The notes below the pieces were generated by a model, which worked only from the letters and a program-made list of their open reading frames with translations, had not been told where the DNA came from and ran no database searches. A stretch of DNA of 64,000 nt from Anaerolineae bacterium (GTDB lineage Bacteria; Chloroflexota; Anaerolineae; UBA1429): assembly GCA_963675785.1 (NCBI GenBank), contig OY776562.1, positions 2,464,001 through 2,528,000 on the forward strand. The letters run 5' to 3'. Positions 10,481 through 21,296 of this stretch are shown piece by piece. The position numbers and the translations under genes are program-made. Position 1 is the stretch's first letter. Every line of letters begins with the position of its first letter.

Positions 10481-11119
10481 TTATGCCAACTCGGGCAAAA
10501 CCTGCCTCAACGCCTCGATAGAAAGGCCCCCTGCACGAAGTACGACAGGGATGGCGCTGGTCAGATCCACAATTGTCGAAGCGACACCCATCTTGCAGGC
10601 ACCGCCATCGACTATCAGCGGAATACGCCCCTTGAGCGCTGCAAAGGTCTCCTCAGCATTCTGTGGTGCCTGCTGCCCCGAGATATTGGCACTGGTAACA
10701 GCCATGGCACCGCCAAGGCGTTGGATGAGATCGAGAGCAAACGGGTGATCCGGCATGCGTACCGCCACAGTATCCCGCCCACCCAGCAATACGCGAGGCA
10801 GTTCTTCTCGCGCGGGCAAAACTAAGGTGAGCGCCCCCGGCCAAAAGGCTGCGGCAAGTTGCTTGAGCCGGGTAACATAAACCTCACTATGTGTTACCGA
10901 GCGAATGCCCTCAATCGAGGACACAAGCACGGGGATGGATAGATCCATAGGCCGCTGCTTGGCGTTGAATAACTTGCGAATGGCCGGCTCAGACCACACG
11001 TTGCAGCCCACGCCGTAAACGGTATCCGTCGGAAAGGCCACCACTTCTCCGGCCACAATGAGCTCGACTGCACGATCTAGCACACCAGTGTCATCAGCCC
11101 CGAGTAAGACCGTTTCCAT
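10481..11119 (-). CDS. tsaC: Threonylcarbamoyl-AMP synthase (TsaC/Sua5/YrdC)
   Basis: AFPTDTVYG, KQRP, FWPGALT, AVRMPDH, TSANISG, ASTIVD. Confidence 0.93.
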   Translation of the reverse strand: METVLLGADDTGVLDRAVELIVAGEVVAFPTDTVYGVGCNVWSEPAIRKLFNAKQRPMDLSIPVLVSSIEGIRSVTHSEVYVTRLKQLAAAFWPGALTLVLPAREELPRVLLGGRDTVAVRMPDHPFALDLIQRLGGAMAVTSANISGQQAPQNAEETFAALKGRIPLIVDGGACKMGVASTIVDLTSAIPVVLRAGGLSIEALRQVLPELA

Positions 11120-11912
11120 CTACCAACTCCTCGATCACCAAGGCTACGCCATCCTCATCGCAAGAAAGCGTTTCGCGATTAGCAGCCGCCTTGACGCGCG
11201 GCAACGCCGACCCCATAACCACGCCGCAGCCAGCCCACTCGAGCATAGCAATGTCGTTACCATTATCGCCGATGGCTAACGTTTCGTTCTGAGCAACACC
11301 CAACTGCTCAGCCAGCCAGGCAAGGGCAGTGCCCTTGTTTACACCCAAAGCCAGACCCTCTAAAAAATAGGCGTGCGAGCGGAGAATTTCCATACGTCCG
11401 CCCAACGCCGCTTCCAGCTCTGGTTCTACAGCATCCAACTCGCTTTGTGAACCAATAATGATGAACTTGATGGGAGCACAAGGCAGCGACTGAGCAAGAT
11501 CGCCCTGTACCACATGCCAGGGAAGGCCAAACCAGGCCTCGTAAAAGTCATCGGATTGCTGTTTGTCGGCTACATAAATCTCGTCGTTGGCATAGAACGT
11601 CAGCGACAAATGCCTCTGCTGGCAGAAATCACAGACCTCGCGAACCAACTCGGAGGGGAAGACCTTTTTATAGATCGACTCCCGGCTCAACGGATCGGTA
11701 ATCAACGCGCCTTGATAAGAGATAATGGGCACATCAATAGTCAGGTCATCTGCCCAGGTGCGCATAGATTGATACGAGCGCCCCGAAGCCAGTGTGAACC
11801 TGATGCCTGCACGTCTTGTTGCCTCAATGGCACGCCGTGTTCGTGCTGAAACCGTATGAGCGCTATTGAGTAGCGTACCATCGAGATCACTAACAATGAG
11901 TTTAATGCTCAT
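11094..11912 (-). CDS. Cof-type HAD-IIB hydrolase
   Basis: SDLDGTLL, ASGR, NKGTAL, IGDNGNDIAML. Confidence 0.92.
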   Translation of the reverse strand: MSIKLIVSDLDGTLLNSAHTVSARTRRAIEATRRAGIRFTLASGRSYQSMRTWADDLTIDVPIISYQGALITDPLSRESIYKKVFPSELVREVCDFCQQRHLSLTFYANDEIYVADKQQSDDFYEAWFGLPWHVVQGDLAQSLPCAPIKFIIIGSQSELDAVEPELEAALGGRMEILRSHAYFLEGLALGVNKGTALAWLAEQLGVAQNETLAIGDNGNDIAMLEWAGCGVVMGSALPRVKAAANRETLSCDEDGVALVIEELVDGNGLTRG

Positions 11913-11927
11913 CAAATCCAGTCTCCA

Positions 11928-12800
11928 CTATCGCTCAACACACACCAGGCGTTCGAGCCCGGCATAGTCCCTAATCACCTCAACCGTAGCGTTCGGCAGT
12001 ATTTTAGCGCAAAACTGGCGCACGGCGTCTCCCTGTCCCTCGTCGATCTCTAGCAGACACAGTCCTGGTTGATTGAGATGATCCGGCAATTGATGAATGA
12101 GTTGTCGCACCAAGTCAAGACCATCAAAGCCACCATCCAGCGCCAACTGGGGTTCGTAGTCGCGTACATCGGGCGCTAACAAAGGGAGCCGCCCGACTGG
12201 GATATAAGGCAGATTAGCGACAATGATATCCAAGCGAAAATCCACGGCCTCTAGCAGATCACTGTTCAGAAACGTTATCCTATCGGCAAGAGCGCAAGAT
12301 GCCGCATTAGCCCGGGCTACATCCAAGGCTGTCTCAGAGACATCCACAGCCCAAACCGCTGCCTGAGGGATATGGCGGGCCAATACAACAGCAATAGCGC
12401 CACTACCCGTACCTACATCTACAACGCGCGGCGCACCCTGTGGCCAATCCCTCGCCTTAGCCCAGGCTAAAGCTCTTTCAATGAGCAGTTCGGTCTCTGG
12501 TCGGGGGATTAGTACCTGCGCATTGACCGTAAGCTCAACATCATAAAAAGGCTGTCGCCCGATGATATAAGCAAATGGCTCATGCCCAGCCCGCCGTTCA
12601 ACAACCCGTTCTATTTGCTGTTTTGCGTTATCGTCCAGGATATCATGCCAGCGCATATAGAGCTGTGCCCGACTCAATCCCAACACATGCTGCAGCAATG
12701 CCAGCGCCTCAAGACGTGCATCCTCAAGCCCCGCAGCAGCCAAATGCTCTGTCGCCTGCTGTACAGCCCCACCGATGGAAAGCACGCCGATTTCATCCAT
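11928..12800 (-). CDS. prmC: Release factor glutamine methyltransferase
   Basis: EPFAYIIG, VLIPRPETE, DVGTGSG, NLPYI; follows prfA. Confidence 0.95.
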   Translation of the reverse strand: MDEIGVLSIGGAVQQATEHLAAAGLEDARLEALALLQHVLGLSRAQLYMRWHDILDDNAKQQIERVVERRAGHEPFAYIIGRQPFYDVELTVNAQVLIPRPETELLIERALAWAKARDWPQGAPRVVDVGTGSGAIAVVLARHIPQAAVWAVDVSETALDVARANAASCALADRITFLNSDLLEAVDFRLDIIVANLPYIPVGRLPLLAPDVRDYEPQLALDGGFDGLDLVRQLIHQLPDHLNQPGLCLLEIDEGQGDAVRQFCAKILPNATVEVIRDYAGLERLVCVER

Positions 12801-12808
12801 CGCTATGT

Positions 12809-13885
12809 TCAGTTACCCGCTGCTCCACCACCCAGGCGGCGCTCTTCTTCTTGCTGAGCCAGAGCATCAATAAACGGATCCAATCCGCCAGTTAACACGC
12901 TTTCCATATTATAGATCGACATGCCAATACGATGATCGGTGACGCGGTTCTGTGGAAAGTTGTAGGTGCGAATCTTTTCACTGCGTTCACCCGTCCCCAC
13001 TTGGCTGCGACGGTCTGCATCAAGCGCATTCATCCGACGCGAATATTCGATATCATAAACGCGAGCACGGAGAATGCTCATGGCCCTGGCGCGGTTTTGC
13101 AGTTGTGAGCGTTCATCCTGGCATTGCACCACGATCCCTGTCGCAATGTGAGTAATGCGCACAGCCGAATCAGTCGTGTTGACACCCTGGCCACCGTGGC
13201 CGCCAGCGCGATACACGTCAATGCGGATATCGTTATCGGTGATCTCAACTTCAAGCTCATCCACTTCGGGCATTACTGCCACAGTAGCTGTGGAAGTGTG
13301 GATACGACCACTGGTCTCTGTTTCGGGCACACGCTGAACACGGTGAACACCGCTCTCGTACTTTAAGCGCGAAAAGGCGCCCTTGCCCTTGACTTCAAAA
13401 ATCACTTCTTTAAATCCACCGATTCCCGTATCACTGGAACTCATGACTTCTTGCTTCCAACCGTGTGCAGCCGCATATTGCGAATACATGCGGAAAAGAT
13501 CCGCAGCAAAAAGCGCAGCTTCTTCGCCGCCCGCACCAGACCGAATCTCGACAATGACATTGCGTTTATCGCGAGGATCTTGGGGAATAAGAAGCTGCTT
13601 GAGTTGCTCAGCTAGCTCTGCATCTTCGGATTCGAGGGCTTGGATCTCTTCACCAACGAGTTCGCGCATGTCCACGTCTTCTTCGCCAGCTAACATGGTA
13701 CGAGCCTGATCCAGTTCATCTTGCACTTGCCGATAGCGCGTATAAGTAGTAACCAAATCCGCTATTTCGGCTTGTTCCTGAGAATACTCGCGAATCTTGG
13801 TCGGATCCGAGGCAATCTCAGGAGACGAAAGCAGGGTTGAAAGCTCGTCGTAACGCTCGACAATCTGAGCGACATTCTCAAACAT
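12809..13885 (-). CDS. prfA: Peptide chain release factor 1
   Basis: [14 protein letters not shown] motif, [20 protein letters not shown]. Confidence 0.98.
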   Translation of the reverse strand: MFENVAQIVERYDELSTLLSSPEIASDPTKIREYSQEQAEIADLVTTYTRYRQVQDELDQARTMLAGEEDVDMRELVGEEIQALESEDAELAEQLKQLLIPQDPRDKRNVIVEIRSGAGGEEAALFAADLFRMYSQYAAAHGWKQEVMSSSDTGIGGFKEVIFEVKGKGAFSRLKYESGVHRVQRVPETETSGRIHTSTATVAVMPEVDELEVEITDNDIRIDVYRAGGHGGQGVNTTDSAVRITHIATGIVVQCQDERSQLQNRARAMSILRARVYDIEYSRRMNALDADRRSQVGTGERSEKIRTYNFPQNRVTDHRIGMSIYNMESVLTGGLDPFIDALAQQEEERRLGGGAAGN

Positions 13886-13968
13886 GGAACACTCTCCCAA
13901 TAGAAAATTATGAATCAAAAAGCGGAGAACAACCAGGTTCCCCGCCACAACAGTTTTAAAACCTGGTG

Positions 13969-14844
13969 CTATTCCTCTATGAGCCGATCATAGAGCGATT
14001 GCAGGTCGTCATCGGAATAAAAATGAATCACCAAACGCCCACCCTTGCGTGTTTTAAAGAGCTCCACCTTGGTACCCAGAGATTCGCGGAATCTGGATTC
14101 CAGTGCATCCACCTCTGGCGAACGCAAGCGCAAATCAGCATCCTCCGACTTGTCTGCCGCCTTGTGAAGTCTGCGTACCAACTCTTCGGTCTGGCGAACA
14201 GAAAAGCCCCGGCGGATAACCGTCGTCATGGTCCGGATCTGATCGGCTTCGTCTTCCAACATCAACAACGCCCTGGCATGCCCTTCACTGATCTTGCCTT
14301 CAGCAAGTGCCGCTTTGACAGCAGGCGGCAGTCGAAGCAAACGCAACGCGTTGGTGATGCTTACACGACTCCGTCCGACACGCTCGGCAATTTGATCCTG
14401 GGTCATGCCAAAGTCTTTGGACAATGCCTGATAGGCCTGTGCCTCTTCAAGAGGGTTGAGATCGGCGCGTTGAATATTCTCAACCAGGGCCAATTCAAGC
14501 GTTTCTTGTGGCGTGACATCTTTGACAATGACATCGAGATGCCTAAGCCCGGCAATTTGTGCCGCTCGCCAACGCCGCTCGCCAGCAATGAGTTGATAAC
14601 GCTGCGGTGTCGCCTCGGCATCTGCCGAAGGCAGTAATTGAACGATGAGCGGCTGAATCAAACCCATCTCGCGAATCGAATCCGCCAACTCGGCAAGCGC
14701 CTCGGAATCAAAATGCGTACGAGGCTGCAGCGGATTGGGAACAATAGCATCGATGCTGACGCGTTTTAGACCCGTTGCACCTGCAGCGGGCGGAATCAGT
14801 GCATCGAGCCCGCGGCCCAGGCCGCTCCTGGAGTTGCGTGCCAA
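13969..14844 (-). CDS. parB: Chromosome partitioning protein ParB/Spo0J
   Basis: [41 protein letters not shown]. Confidence 0.96.
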   Translation of the reverse strand: MARNSRSGLGRGLDALIPPAAGATGLKRVSIDAIVPNPLQPRTHFDSEALAELADSIREMGLIQPLIVQLLPSADAEATPQRYQLIAGERRWRAAQIAGLRHLDVIVKDVTPQETLELALVENIQRADLNPLEEAQAYQALSKDFGMTQDQIAERVGRSRVSITNALRLLRLPPAVKAALAEGKISEGHARALLMLEDEADQIRTMTTVIRRGFSVRQTEELVRRLHKAADKSEDADLRLRSPEVDALESRFRESLGTKVELFKTRKGGRLVIHFYSDDDLQSLYDRLIEE

Positions 14845-14871
14845 GCTACGCCTCCTTTGCCCTTATCGGCT

Positions 14872-15636
14872 CTATGACTCGGTTGCCAACAGCTCGCGAG
14901 CCAAAGCCGCATAGGCCTTTCCACCACTCGAATCAGGAGCATATGAATTGATCGGCTCGCCATAGCTGGGCGCTTCACTCAACTTGACGCTCCGCGGAAT
15001 AACCGACCTAAAGATACGAGAAGGAAAATGTTCTTGAACCTCAGAAATGACTTCTCTCCCCAGGTTGGTACGCGCATCGTAAAGCGTCATCACCAAACCA
15101 CGTATTTCCAGTGTCGGGTTGAGAGATTGACGAACGCGCTCAATAGTTTGTAAAAGCTGACTCAAACCCTCCAGAGGCAAGTACTCACACTGAACGGGAA
15201 TGATGACACCATCAGCCGCAGTAAGAGCATTCACAGTGAGCATACCCAGGCTGGGTGGTGTGTCCATTAGCACAAAATCGTAGCGAGACTGGATCTGCTC
15301 AATGGCTCGCCGCAAGCGCATCTCGCGCCCCGGCAGATTGACTAGTTCCACATCTGCACCAGCCAAGATTGGTGCCGAGGGCACCAAATCCAACCCTTTG
15401 CAGGATGTCAGCGTAATCACGTTAGCCATAGCTTCGCCGCCGACCATCACATCATAGATGCAACGTCCGACGGCGTTTTTGTCGATACCGAGACTGCTGG
15501 TTGCATTAGCCTGGGGGTCGGCATCAATAAGCAACACACGTTTCCCATAGCTGGCCAGCAAGGCGCCAAGATTCACTGCGGTCGTGGTCTTGCCAACGCC
15601 GCCTTTTTGATTCGCCAGCACATATACTCGGGCCAT
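14872..15636 (-). CDS. parA: Chromosome partitioning ATPase ParA/Soj
   Basis: ANQKGGVGKTTT, DPQANAT, DTPPSLG, LSEAPSYG. Confidence 0.96.
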   Translation of the reverse strand: MARVYVLANQKGGVGKTTTAVNLGALLASYGKRVLLIDADPQANATSSLGIDKNAVGRCIYDVMVGGEAMANVITLTSCKGLDLVPSAPILAGADVELVNLPGREMRLRRAIEQIQSRYDFVLMDTPPSLGMLTVNALTAADGVIIPVQCEYLPLEGLSQLLQTIERVRQSLNPTLEIRGLVMTLYDARTNLGREVISEVQEHFPSRIFRSVIPRSVKLSEAPSYGEPINSYAPDSSGGKAYAALARELLATES

Positions 15637-15643
15637 AACTGCC

Positions 15644-16528
15644 CTACCCCCAAAATCGGCGATCCGACTGCCGTACGCGCCCTCTCTCCAGGCGCTCCCT
15701 CACGATATCCGGCGAGGGAAGCTCGTACGCACCCACATTTTCGACAACGAAAGAGGCAACGCAGTTGCCAAAGCGAGCAGCCTCTATCGGATCACCATGC
15801 TCTTGCAAACTGGATAGAAAAGCGGCTGCGAAGACATCCCCTGCACCAGTAGGATCAACCTCAGCAACCTCATAAGCGGGAATATTGGTAACCTCACCCG
15901 CATTATATACTACCGCCCCATGTCGCCCATCAGTAACCACAAGTAACCGGGTCTTCCGCGAGATGGCACGAAGCAGAGTCCAATCGCCGCCAACATCTTC
16001 CTGACTGAGTATAACCGCATCTGCACGATCAAGTACAGTCTCGGCCTGGTGCCATTCACATGGCACAATCCGCCCATCATCTTCCCAGGCACGCAACCAC
16101 CCTTGAGGGGTAACACCTATCAATGAATGAGGGAACAGATCAACAATATCCGAGCTGAGCTCATGGTTGAGCGGGCCCAAATGCACAATGGAGGCGTTCA
16201 GCCATTCTTTAGGGACATCCGTGTTGAGTATGGGCAAAGCAACAGCACGAATGTACTGGGTCCGTGCACCATCAACATATACGTTCTCATACGTCGTGGT
16301 TACCTCACCCAACTGGCAGGCCACTGAAATGTTGGGGTGCCCCACCAGCGCATCTGGCAGAGCGCTTGCTCGAGTTACCACACCCACACACCTGCCAAGC
16401 ATATCAGCATATACAGCCGAATAGCAAGCGGTTCCCCCACTTACATAGCCATCACCCGGAACAAGATCCCGGGTGACGTGGCCAACAACAATATAATCAG
16501 GCAATCGCCCGCTGCAATTCACGCTCAC
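15644..16528 (-). CDS. PfkB/ribokinase family carbohydrate kinase
   Basis: GGTACYSA and VDPTGAGDVFAAAF PfkB signature. Confidence 0.88.
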   Translation of the reverse strand: MSVNCSGRLPDYIVVGHVTRDLVPGDGYVSGGTACYSAVYADMLGRCVGVVTRASALPDALVGHPNISVACQLGEVTTTYENVYVDGARTQYIRAVALPILNTDVPKEWLNASIVHLGPLNHELSSDIVDLFPHSLIGVTPQGWLRAWEDDGRIVPCEWHQAETVLDRADAVILSQEDVGGDWTLLRAISRKTRLLVVTDGRHGAVVYNAGEVTNIPAYEVAEVDPTGAGDVFAAAFLSSLQEHGDPIEAARFGNCVASFVVENVGAYELPSPDIVRERLERGRVRQSDRRFWG

Positions 16529-17313
16529 TTGGGCAGAATCTGCACTTTACGCGATTCATCCTGACCGATGCTCTCGGTATAAACATCCTCAGCATCACGC
16601 AGAGTCAGGTGCACAATACGCCGCTCATATGACGGCATCGGTTCCAAAGTTACGGGCTCGCCGGTTTCGCGCACCTGCTCGGCCATATGCAAAGCAAGTG
16701 TACGCAAAGAGTGCGCGCGGCGCTCTTTGTAGCCCTCTACATCCAATACAATATTGGGCCATCCACCAAGTTGCCGACTGACGATCAAGCGAGCAACAAA
16801 CTGGAGATCACGCAAAGTTTCACCACGTCGGCCAATAAGGGATGTCACATCATCGCCAACGATGTTCAGTCGTAGCGGCCTATCCTCATCCTCATCGTCA
16901 TCCTCATCACGGGCAATCTGAACTTCGACGGCTGCATAATAGCCCATTTTGTCCAGAAGCGTAGCAAGAACCTCAGTCGCGATGGCTTCGAGTTCTGGGT
17001 CAGGCCCACGCCCTGCCACCACGTCATCCTCATCATACTCGCCTTCCGAAGCATCATCACTCACGTCGTCTGCAGAAGCAGAGAAGCTCTCGCCGAGCAT
17101 TTGATCCTGGACGTGCTGTCCCAAGTCAACGACAATCGTAACCTCACCCGTTCGAACCAGGCCAAGGAAAGAGTGCGAGGTGTTCTTGACAACGCGATAA
17201 TTGAGCTCAGAAACACTCACGCCCAATTCGAGGGCAGCGGCAGCAACCGCATCATCTACGGAACGACCGGTGTACTCAGCGCTTTTTCTTGCGACGTTGT
17301 CTTTTTCTGCCAT
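16525..17313 (-). CDS. jag: Jag/EloR/KhpB RNA-binding protein
   Basis: Jag_N (GRSVDDAV), KH (LIGRRGETL), R3H (MPSYERRIVH); follows yidC. Confidence 0.93.
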   Translation of the reverse strand: MAEKDNVARKSAEYTGRSVDDAVAAAALELGVSVSELNYRVVKNTSHSFLGLVRTGEVTIVVDLGQHVQDQMLGESFSASADDVSDDASEGEYDEDDVVAGRGPDPELEAIATEVLATLLDKMGYYAAVEVQIARDEDDDEDEDRPLRLNIVGDDVTSLIGRRGETLRDLQFVARLIVSRQLGGWPNIVLDVEGYKERRAHSLRTLALHMAEQVRETGEPVTLEPMPSYERRIVHLTLRDAEDVYTESIGQDESRKVQILPK

Positions 17314-18190
17314 GCGACACTTCCTCATTATTGCCTTGTGTGAGTTGAGCAAGCTTTTCCGGATCAACCGGTTTTTCAAGACGATCGATCACAAGTTGCA
17401 TCAACACACCGATAATGTTTGAAATAACAAAGTAGAGGGCCAGACCAGATGCGAATTGTGTCGTGAGATAGGCAAACATGAGCGGCATCATGATCTGCAT
17501 CGAATTGTTCATCGATGATGTCTGTGGATCGGTGCTGGGTTGAGCCATCAACTTTTGCTGCAAATACATTGTACCGCCAACCAAAATTGGCATGATGTAC
17601 ATGTACGATGAACTATCCGGCACAGCCAGATTCAACCACAAAAACTTGGACTGGAGCGGCACAATAGGCGTATATGAAGCCAGATGGTACATAGTCTGAC
17701 CGAGTTTCATCAATTCTACGGGCGTATCCGCCAGAATCAATGTGATCGACTGGTACAGACCAATCCAAATTGGGAACTGGATCAGTTGAAGCAAACAGCC
17801 GCTCATCGGATTGACGCCTAGCTCTTTATAGAGTTTTTGCTGCTCTTGTACGAGCTTTTCATTGTTGCCAGCGTACTTTTTCTGAAGCTTGGCCATGGCT
17901 GGCTGAATAGCTGCCATGCGCTTGGTTGTACGGGTTTGGCGAATGGCTAATGGCAAAGTCAACGCACGCAATATAACGGTCAACACACCTATTGCTATGA
18001 CGAAGCTGCGCCCCAAATAAGTATACAGAATCAAGAGGGCGTTGGCTATTGGGCGAAGGATTACTTCGCTCCAAATTGTATTCCATCCAAAAGTAAAGAC
18101 CAGGACCAGCACAGCACCAACACCGAGCCATGTCAGGATGGACTTACGGAGCTGCCTGCGGTCTACCTGCGGCCTAGTTGCATTCTCCAC
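17276..18190 (-). CDS. yidC: Membrane protein insertase YidC
   Basis: TVILRALTLPL, GVNPMSGCL..IQFPIW, SGLALYFVISN; start approximate (GTG). Confidence 0.92.
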   Translation of the reverse strand: MENATRPQVDRRQLRKSILTWLGVGAVLVLVFTFGWNTIWSEVILRPIANALLILYTYLGRSFVIAIGVLTVILRALTLPLAIRQTRTTKRMAAIQPAMAKLQKKYAGNNEKLVQEQQKLYKELGVNPMSGCLLQLIQFPIWIGLYQSITLILADTPVELMKLGQTMYHLASYTPIVPLQSKFLWLNLAVPDSSSYMYIMPILVGGTMYLQQKLMAQPSTDPQTSSMNNSMQIMMPLMFAYLTTQFASGLALYFVISNIIGVLMQLVIDRLEKPVDPEKLAQLTQGNNEEVSHGRKRQRRKKKR

Positions 18191-18210
18191 GCGTGAATAT
18201 CCTCCGGTCG

Positions 18211-19374
18211 CTAGTTGGCAGCGGAATAGAGCCAAAGTTCTGTCGAACCAGGTTCCGACAGATCAAGGGCAAACAAATAGCCGGTAGTTGTGCCAACGTA
18301 TGCCTTATCTCCCACAACAGCCGGAGTCGAGAGCACAGAGCCAGTCGCGGCAGTTTCGCCAATCTCGCCGACATCGGGATAGAGCCGAACTTTGGCCCCC
18401 GTCTCGGGGTCAATAGACCACACTTCACCTGATGATGTTGCCACAACCAGGTGTCCCTCATTCCTTACAACACCAGACTGCGTATCTGCTCCAAGAGCCG
18501 TAGGCTCCCATCGCGCGCTGCCATCAGTTACGCTCAGGGAGTGCACCATGCCATCAAGTGTGGCAACATAGACATAGTCATCATAGACCACCATAGCCCC
18601 CAGAACCCAGCCATCAACAGGCTGTTCCCAGAGTAGCTCACCTGTTATTGCGTCGAGAGCATAAACATACTTGTCGAGGCAGCCAGCATATACAACGCCA
18701 TTGTATAGCACTGGTGTTGCCTGAAAAGCGCTCTCGGCCTCATAACGCCAATCCTCAGCGCCTGTTGCAAGATCGAGTGCATAAACATTGTGATCCATAG
18801 CAGCCACATAAACATGGGTATCATCTACTACAGGACGAGACCAGATGATATCGGCACTCTCAAAAGGAGCCCCCCATACGAGATCACTTGTGGCCACATC
18901 CACGGCATAAACCTTGTTGTCGCTTGACCCAAAATAGGCTACGCCATCTTGATAGGCTATGCCACCCACAACAGCAGCTTCGGCAGTATAGATAACAGAA
19001 TAGTCACCAGTTACGGCATCAAACAAGTAAACCTGGCCATCAAAGGCCCCCACCAGAATGCCCATATCCGTAACAGTGGGGCTACCGTACACCGCCTGAA
19101 GGGCACTGTCGCCCGTTTCATCATCATTGCCGCCAAACAGAGAAAACCCGCTCGAGCTTGCAACCTCGACGGGATAATACCAAATCGATTGTCCGCTTTC
19201 GGGATCTATGGCAGCCATGGTGCCGTCTGCCATTGCCGAATACACCGCGTCTTCCGTCGCTGTGACCGATGTCCAGCCGACATTCACGACGTTGCGTGAT
19301 GTGCACCCAGACAGCAGAAAAACCACAGCTAGCACAGAGAGAAGGATAACTACTCTCCTCTGACGTTTGTTCAA
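18211..19374 (-). CDS. PQQ-like beta-propeller repeat lipoprotein (BamB-like)
   Basis: Lipobox LLSGC; repeated 'VYA(L/V)D..TG...W' blades; TTG start after AGGAGG. Confidence 0.85.
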   Translation of the reverse strand: MNKRQRRVVILLSVLAVVFLLSGCTSRNVVNVGWTSVTATEDAVYSAMADGTMAAIDPESGQSIWYYPVEVASSSGFSLFGGNDDETGDSALQAVYGSPTVTDMGILVGAFDGQVYLFDAVTGDYSVIYTAEAAVVGGIAYQDGVAYFGSSDNKVYAVDVATSDLVWGAPFESADIIWSRPVVDDTHVYVAAMDHNVYALDLATGAEDWRYEAESAFQATPVLYNGVVYAGCLDKYVYALDAITGELLWEQPVDGWVLGAMVVYDDYVYVATLDGMVHSLSVTDGSARWEPTALGADTQSGVVRNEGHLVVATSSGEVWSIDPETGAKVRLYPDVGEIGETAATGSVLSTPAVVGDKAYVGTTTGYLFALDLSEPGSTELWLYSAAN

Positions 19375-19411
19375 TGAAAACCTCCTAGTGACCGATTCCG
19401 TCTCATTTAGA

Positions 19412-19630
19412 TCATGGAACCGGATCATAACCACCTTTATTAAAGGGGTGACAGCGCGAAAGACGACGTATGCCCATAGATAGACCATGGAATACCCCGT
19501 ACTTTTCAACCGCCTCATAGGTATACTGCGAACACGTCGGCGTGAAGCGGCAGCTACTGGGGAAAGCGGGAGAAATAAATCGCTGATAAAAATGGATCAG
19601 CGCGAGGATAACGCGAACACCCAATTTCAT
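19412..19630 (-). CDS. yidD: Membrane protein insertion efficiency factor YidD
   Basis: [31 protein letters not shown]. Confidence 0.96.
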   Translation of the reverse strand: MKLGVRVILALIHFYQRFISPAFPSSCRFTPTCSQYTYEAVEKYGVFHGLSMGIRRLSRCHPFNKGGYDPVP

Positions 19631-20004
19631 GGTTGCTCACCCCGTTGGCCCGGGATATGCGCAGACTGCAAATACAAACTAGCAGAAGCAAGCAGTCGAC
19701 TTACATGTTCTTCCACAGTCCCAAAGTCCTGACCCACAATATCCTTTCGGGCGATAAAAACCACATCCCACCCCGGGGAAATCGCATCCAACTGTAGCCG
19801 GACAGCCTCTCGCAACAGGCGTCGAACCCGATTCCGTGTCACCGCATTGCCAATTCGCTTACTAACAGAAAAGCCAAATCGACTGACTAAAAGCCCATTT
19901 GGAACCGCTGCAAGCACTACAATACGATTAGACCAAGAACGCCCCTGTGTGCGCACCCGGTTGAAATCAGCTGAATCAGTAAGGCGGTACGTTTGGGGAA
20001 GCAC
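19627..20004 (-). CDS. rnpA: Ribonuclease P protein component
   Basis: [26 protein letters not shown]. Confidence 0.96.
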   Translation of the reverse strand: MLPQTYRLTDSADFNRVRTQGRSWSNRIVVLAAVPNGLLVSRFGFSVSKRIGNAVTRNRVRRLLREAVRLQLDAISPGWDVVFIARKDIVGQDFGTVEEHVSRLLASASLYLQSAHIPGQRGEQP

Positions 20005-20021
20005 TAGAGTATTAGCAAGCC

Positions 20022-20186
20022 CTAGCGATTATTGATCTTGTAGTTACGTTGAACAGTAAGCACCTTACGACCCTTGGCTCGACGCGCCTTGAGCACTTTA
20101 CGTCCACCGCGGGTAGCCATGCGGGACTGAAAACCGTGCTTGCGCATACGACGCTGCTTTTTGGGTTGCCATGTTCTCTTGGGCAT
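20022..20186 (-). CDS. rpmH: 50S ribosomal protein L34 (absent from the ORF track)
   Basis: Hand translation [54 protein letters not shown]; RBS AGGAG. Confidence 0.97.
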   Translation of the reverse strand: MPKRTWQPKKQRRMRKHGFQSRMATRGGRKVLKARRAKGRKVLTVQRNYKINNR

Positions 20187-20245
20187 GTGTATCTCCTAAA
20201 ATATCAATCTCACTGGTGAGATGCAAAATACGCATTGAGCAAGTG

Positions 20246-20275
20246 ATTATACTTGTGATACGCCAAGAGTGTCAA
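20246..20275 (-). promoter_or_regulatory. Sigma70 promoter of rpmH operon
   Basis: TTGACA-N18-TATAAT on minus strand. Confidence 0.75.
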
Positions 20276-20302
20276 GATAGCCTGACTCCTCTTGAACTAG
20301 GC

Positions 20303-21295
20303 CTAATCCTGTACCGAATCAATCCCAACGCCCCGCACGGGGCATGGCCTCATAACCAACTCACAGCCAGATTCCAAAAGCTGATCAGACAACCTATCCG
20401 GGTCTTGAGAGAGGGCGATGATCGTGCCACCGTCACCAGCACCTGAAAGTTTGGCGCCCAAGGCACCAAACTCGAGTGCTTTGCGAATAACCCGCTCGTT
20501 GGCCTCGCCAGAGCCGCCTAAACCACGTTGTATATCGTGATTCTCGTTCATTAAAGCGCCAAATCGTGTCCAGTTTTCGGCAAGCAAAGCGCGTTTGCCT
20601 TCACGAGCCAGCAAAGCAATACGCTCATAGCCCTGTCGAACTTGGGTGTCCCCATCAAGCCATAACTCGCGAAGTGGCCGATGCACAGCATCCGAAGAAT
20701 GCTGCTTGCCAGTATGAGCCAACACAAAAGGCAATTGGGGCACCATGGGATCGAGGCGTTCTACTGTAGCATACAACTCGCTCGAGTATTCACGATAGTA
20801 CTCTTTTCCACGAAAATCGAGATAGTTCAATTGGCCAAATGTACACATATAGGCATCCTGGTACCCACAAATAACGCGCATATGGTTGAGTTCAACATAG
20901 CGCGCAAGTTCGGCTACCTGATAAAGATTGCCCAGTTGGTTCAAATAGACCAATACGCCATAGACCATGGCTACAGTTAGAGCAGTTGAACTGGACAGGC
21001 CCGCCGACATGGGCACGCTGCTCGAATACTGTATGCGGCAATGCAGATCGTCGCCAAGAAAATAGCCCAATACGGCGCGGGGCACGTCGAACAAATCGCC
21101 GCGCAGGGTATAGTCATCTGGCCCTGATATTGTAAATTTCGTTCCGGCAGTATCCAGCACAAGCTCCGTCGCCGGGCTAATGGTAACTCGTGCCCGCCGA
21201 TCAATGGCACAAGAAATGACAGTGCCGCCGTACATATCCGTCGGATTCCCCAAAAGGCCGCACCTTCCAGGGGCCGAACAAGAGACCTCTCTCAT
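20303..21295 (-). CDS. GHMP-family sugar kinase (glucuronokinase-like)
   Basis: GRCGLLGNPTD, PMSAGLSSS GHMP motif, CGYQD, GAKLSGAG. Confidence 0.8.
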   Translation of the reverse strand: MREVSCSAPGRCGLLGNPTDMYGGTVISCAIDRRARVTISPATELVLDTAGTKFTISGPDDYTLRGDLFDVPRAVLGYFLGDDLHCRIQYSSSVPMSAGLSSSTALTVAMVYGVLVYLNQLGNLYQVAELARYVELNHMRVICGYQDAYMCTFGQLNYLDFRGKEYYREYSSELYATVERLDPMVPQLPFVLAHTGKQHSSDAVHRPLRELWLDGDTQVRQGYERIALLAREGKRALLAENWTRFGALMNENHDIQRGLGGSGEANERVIRKALEFGALGAKLSGAGDGGTIIALSQDPDRLSDQLLESGCELVMRPCPVRGVGIDSVQD

Positions 21296-21296
21296 T

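Noticed and set aside
20303-21295. GHMP kinase as the missing mevalonate kinase
   Set aside because: Lacks the MVK GEHAVVY motif and sits in a sugar-nucleotide context
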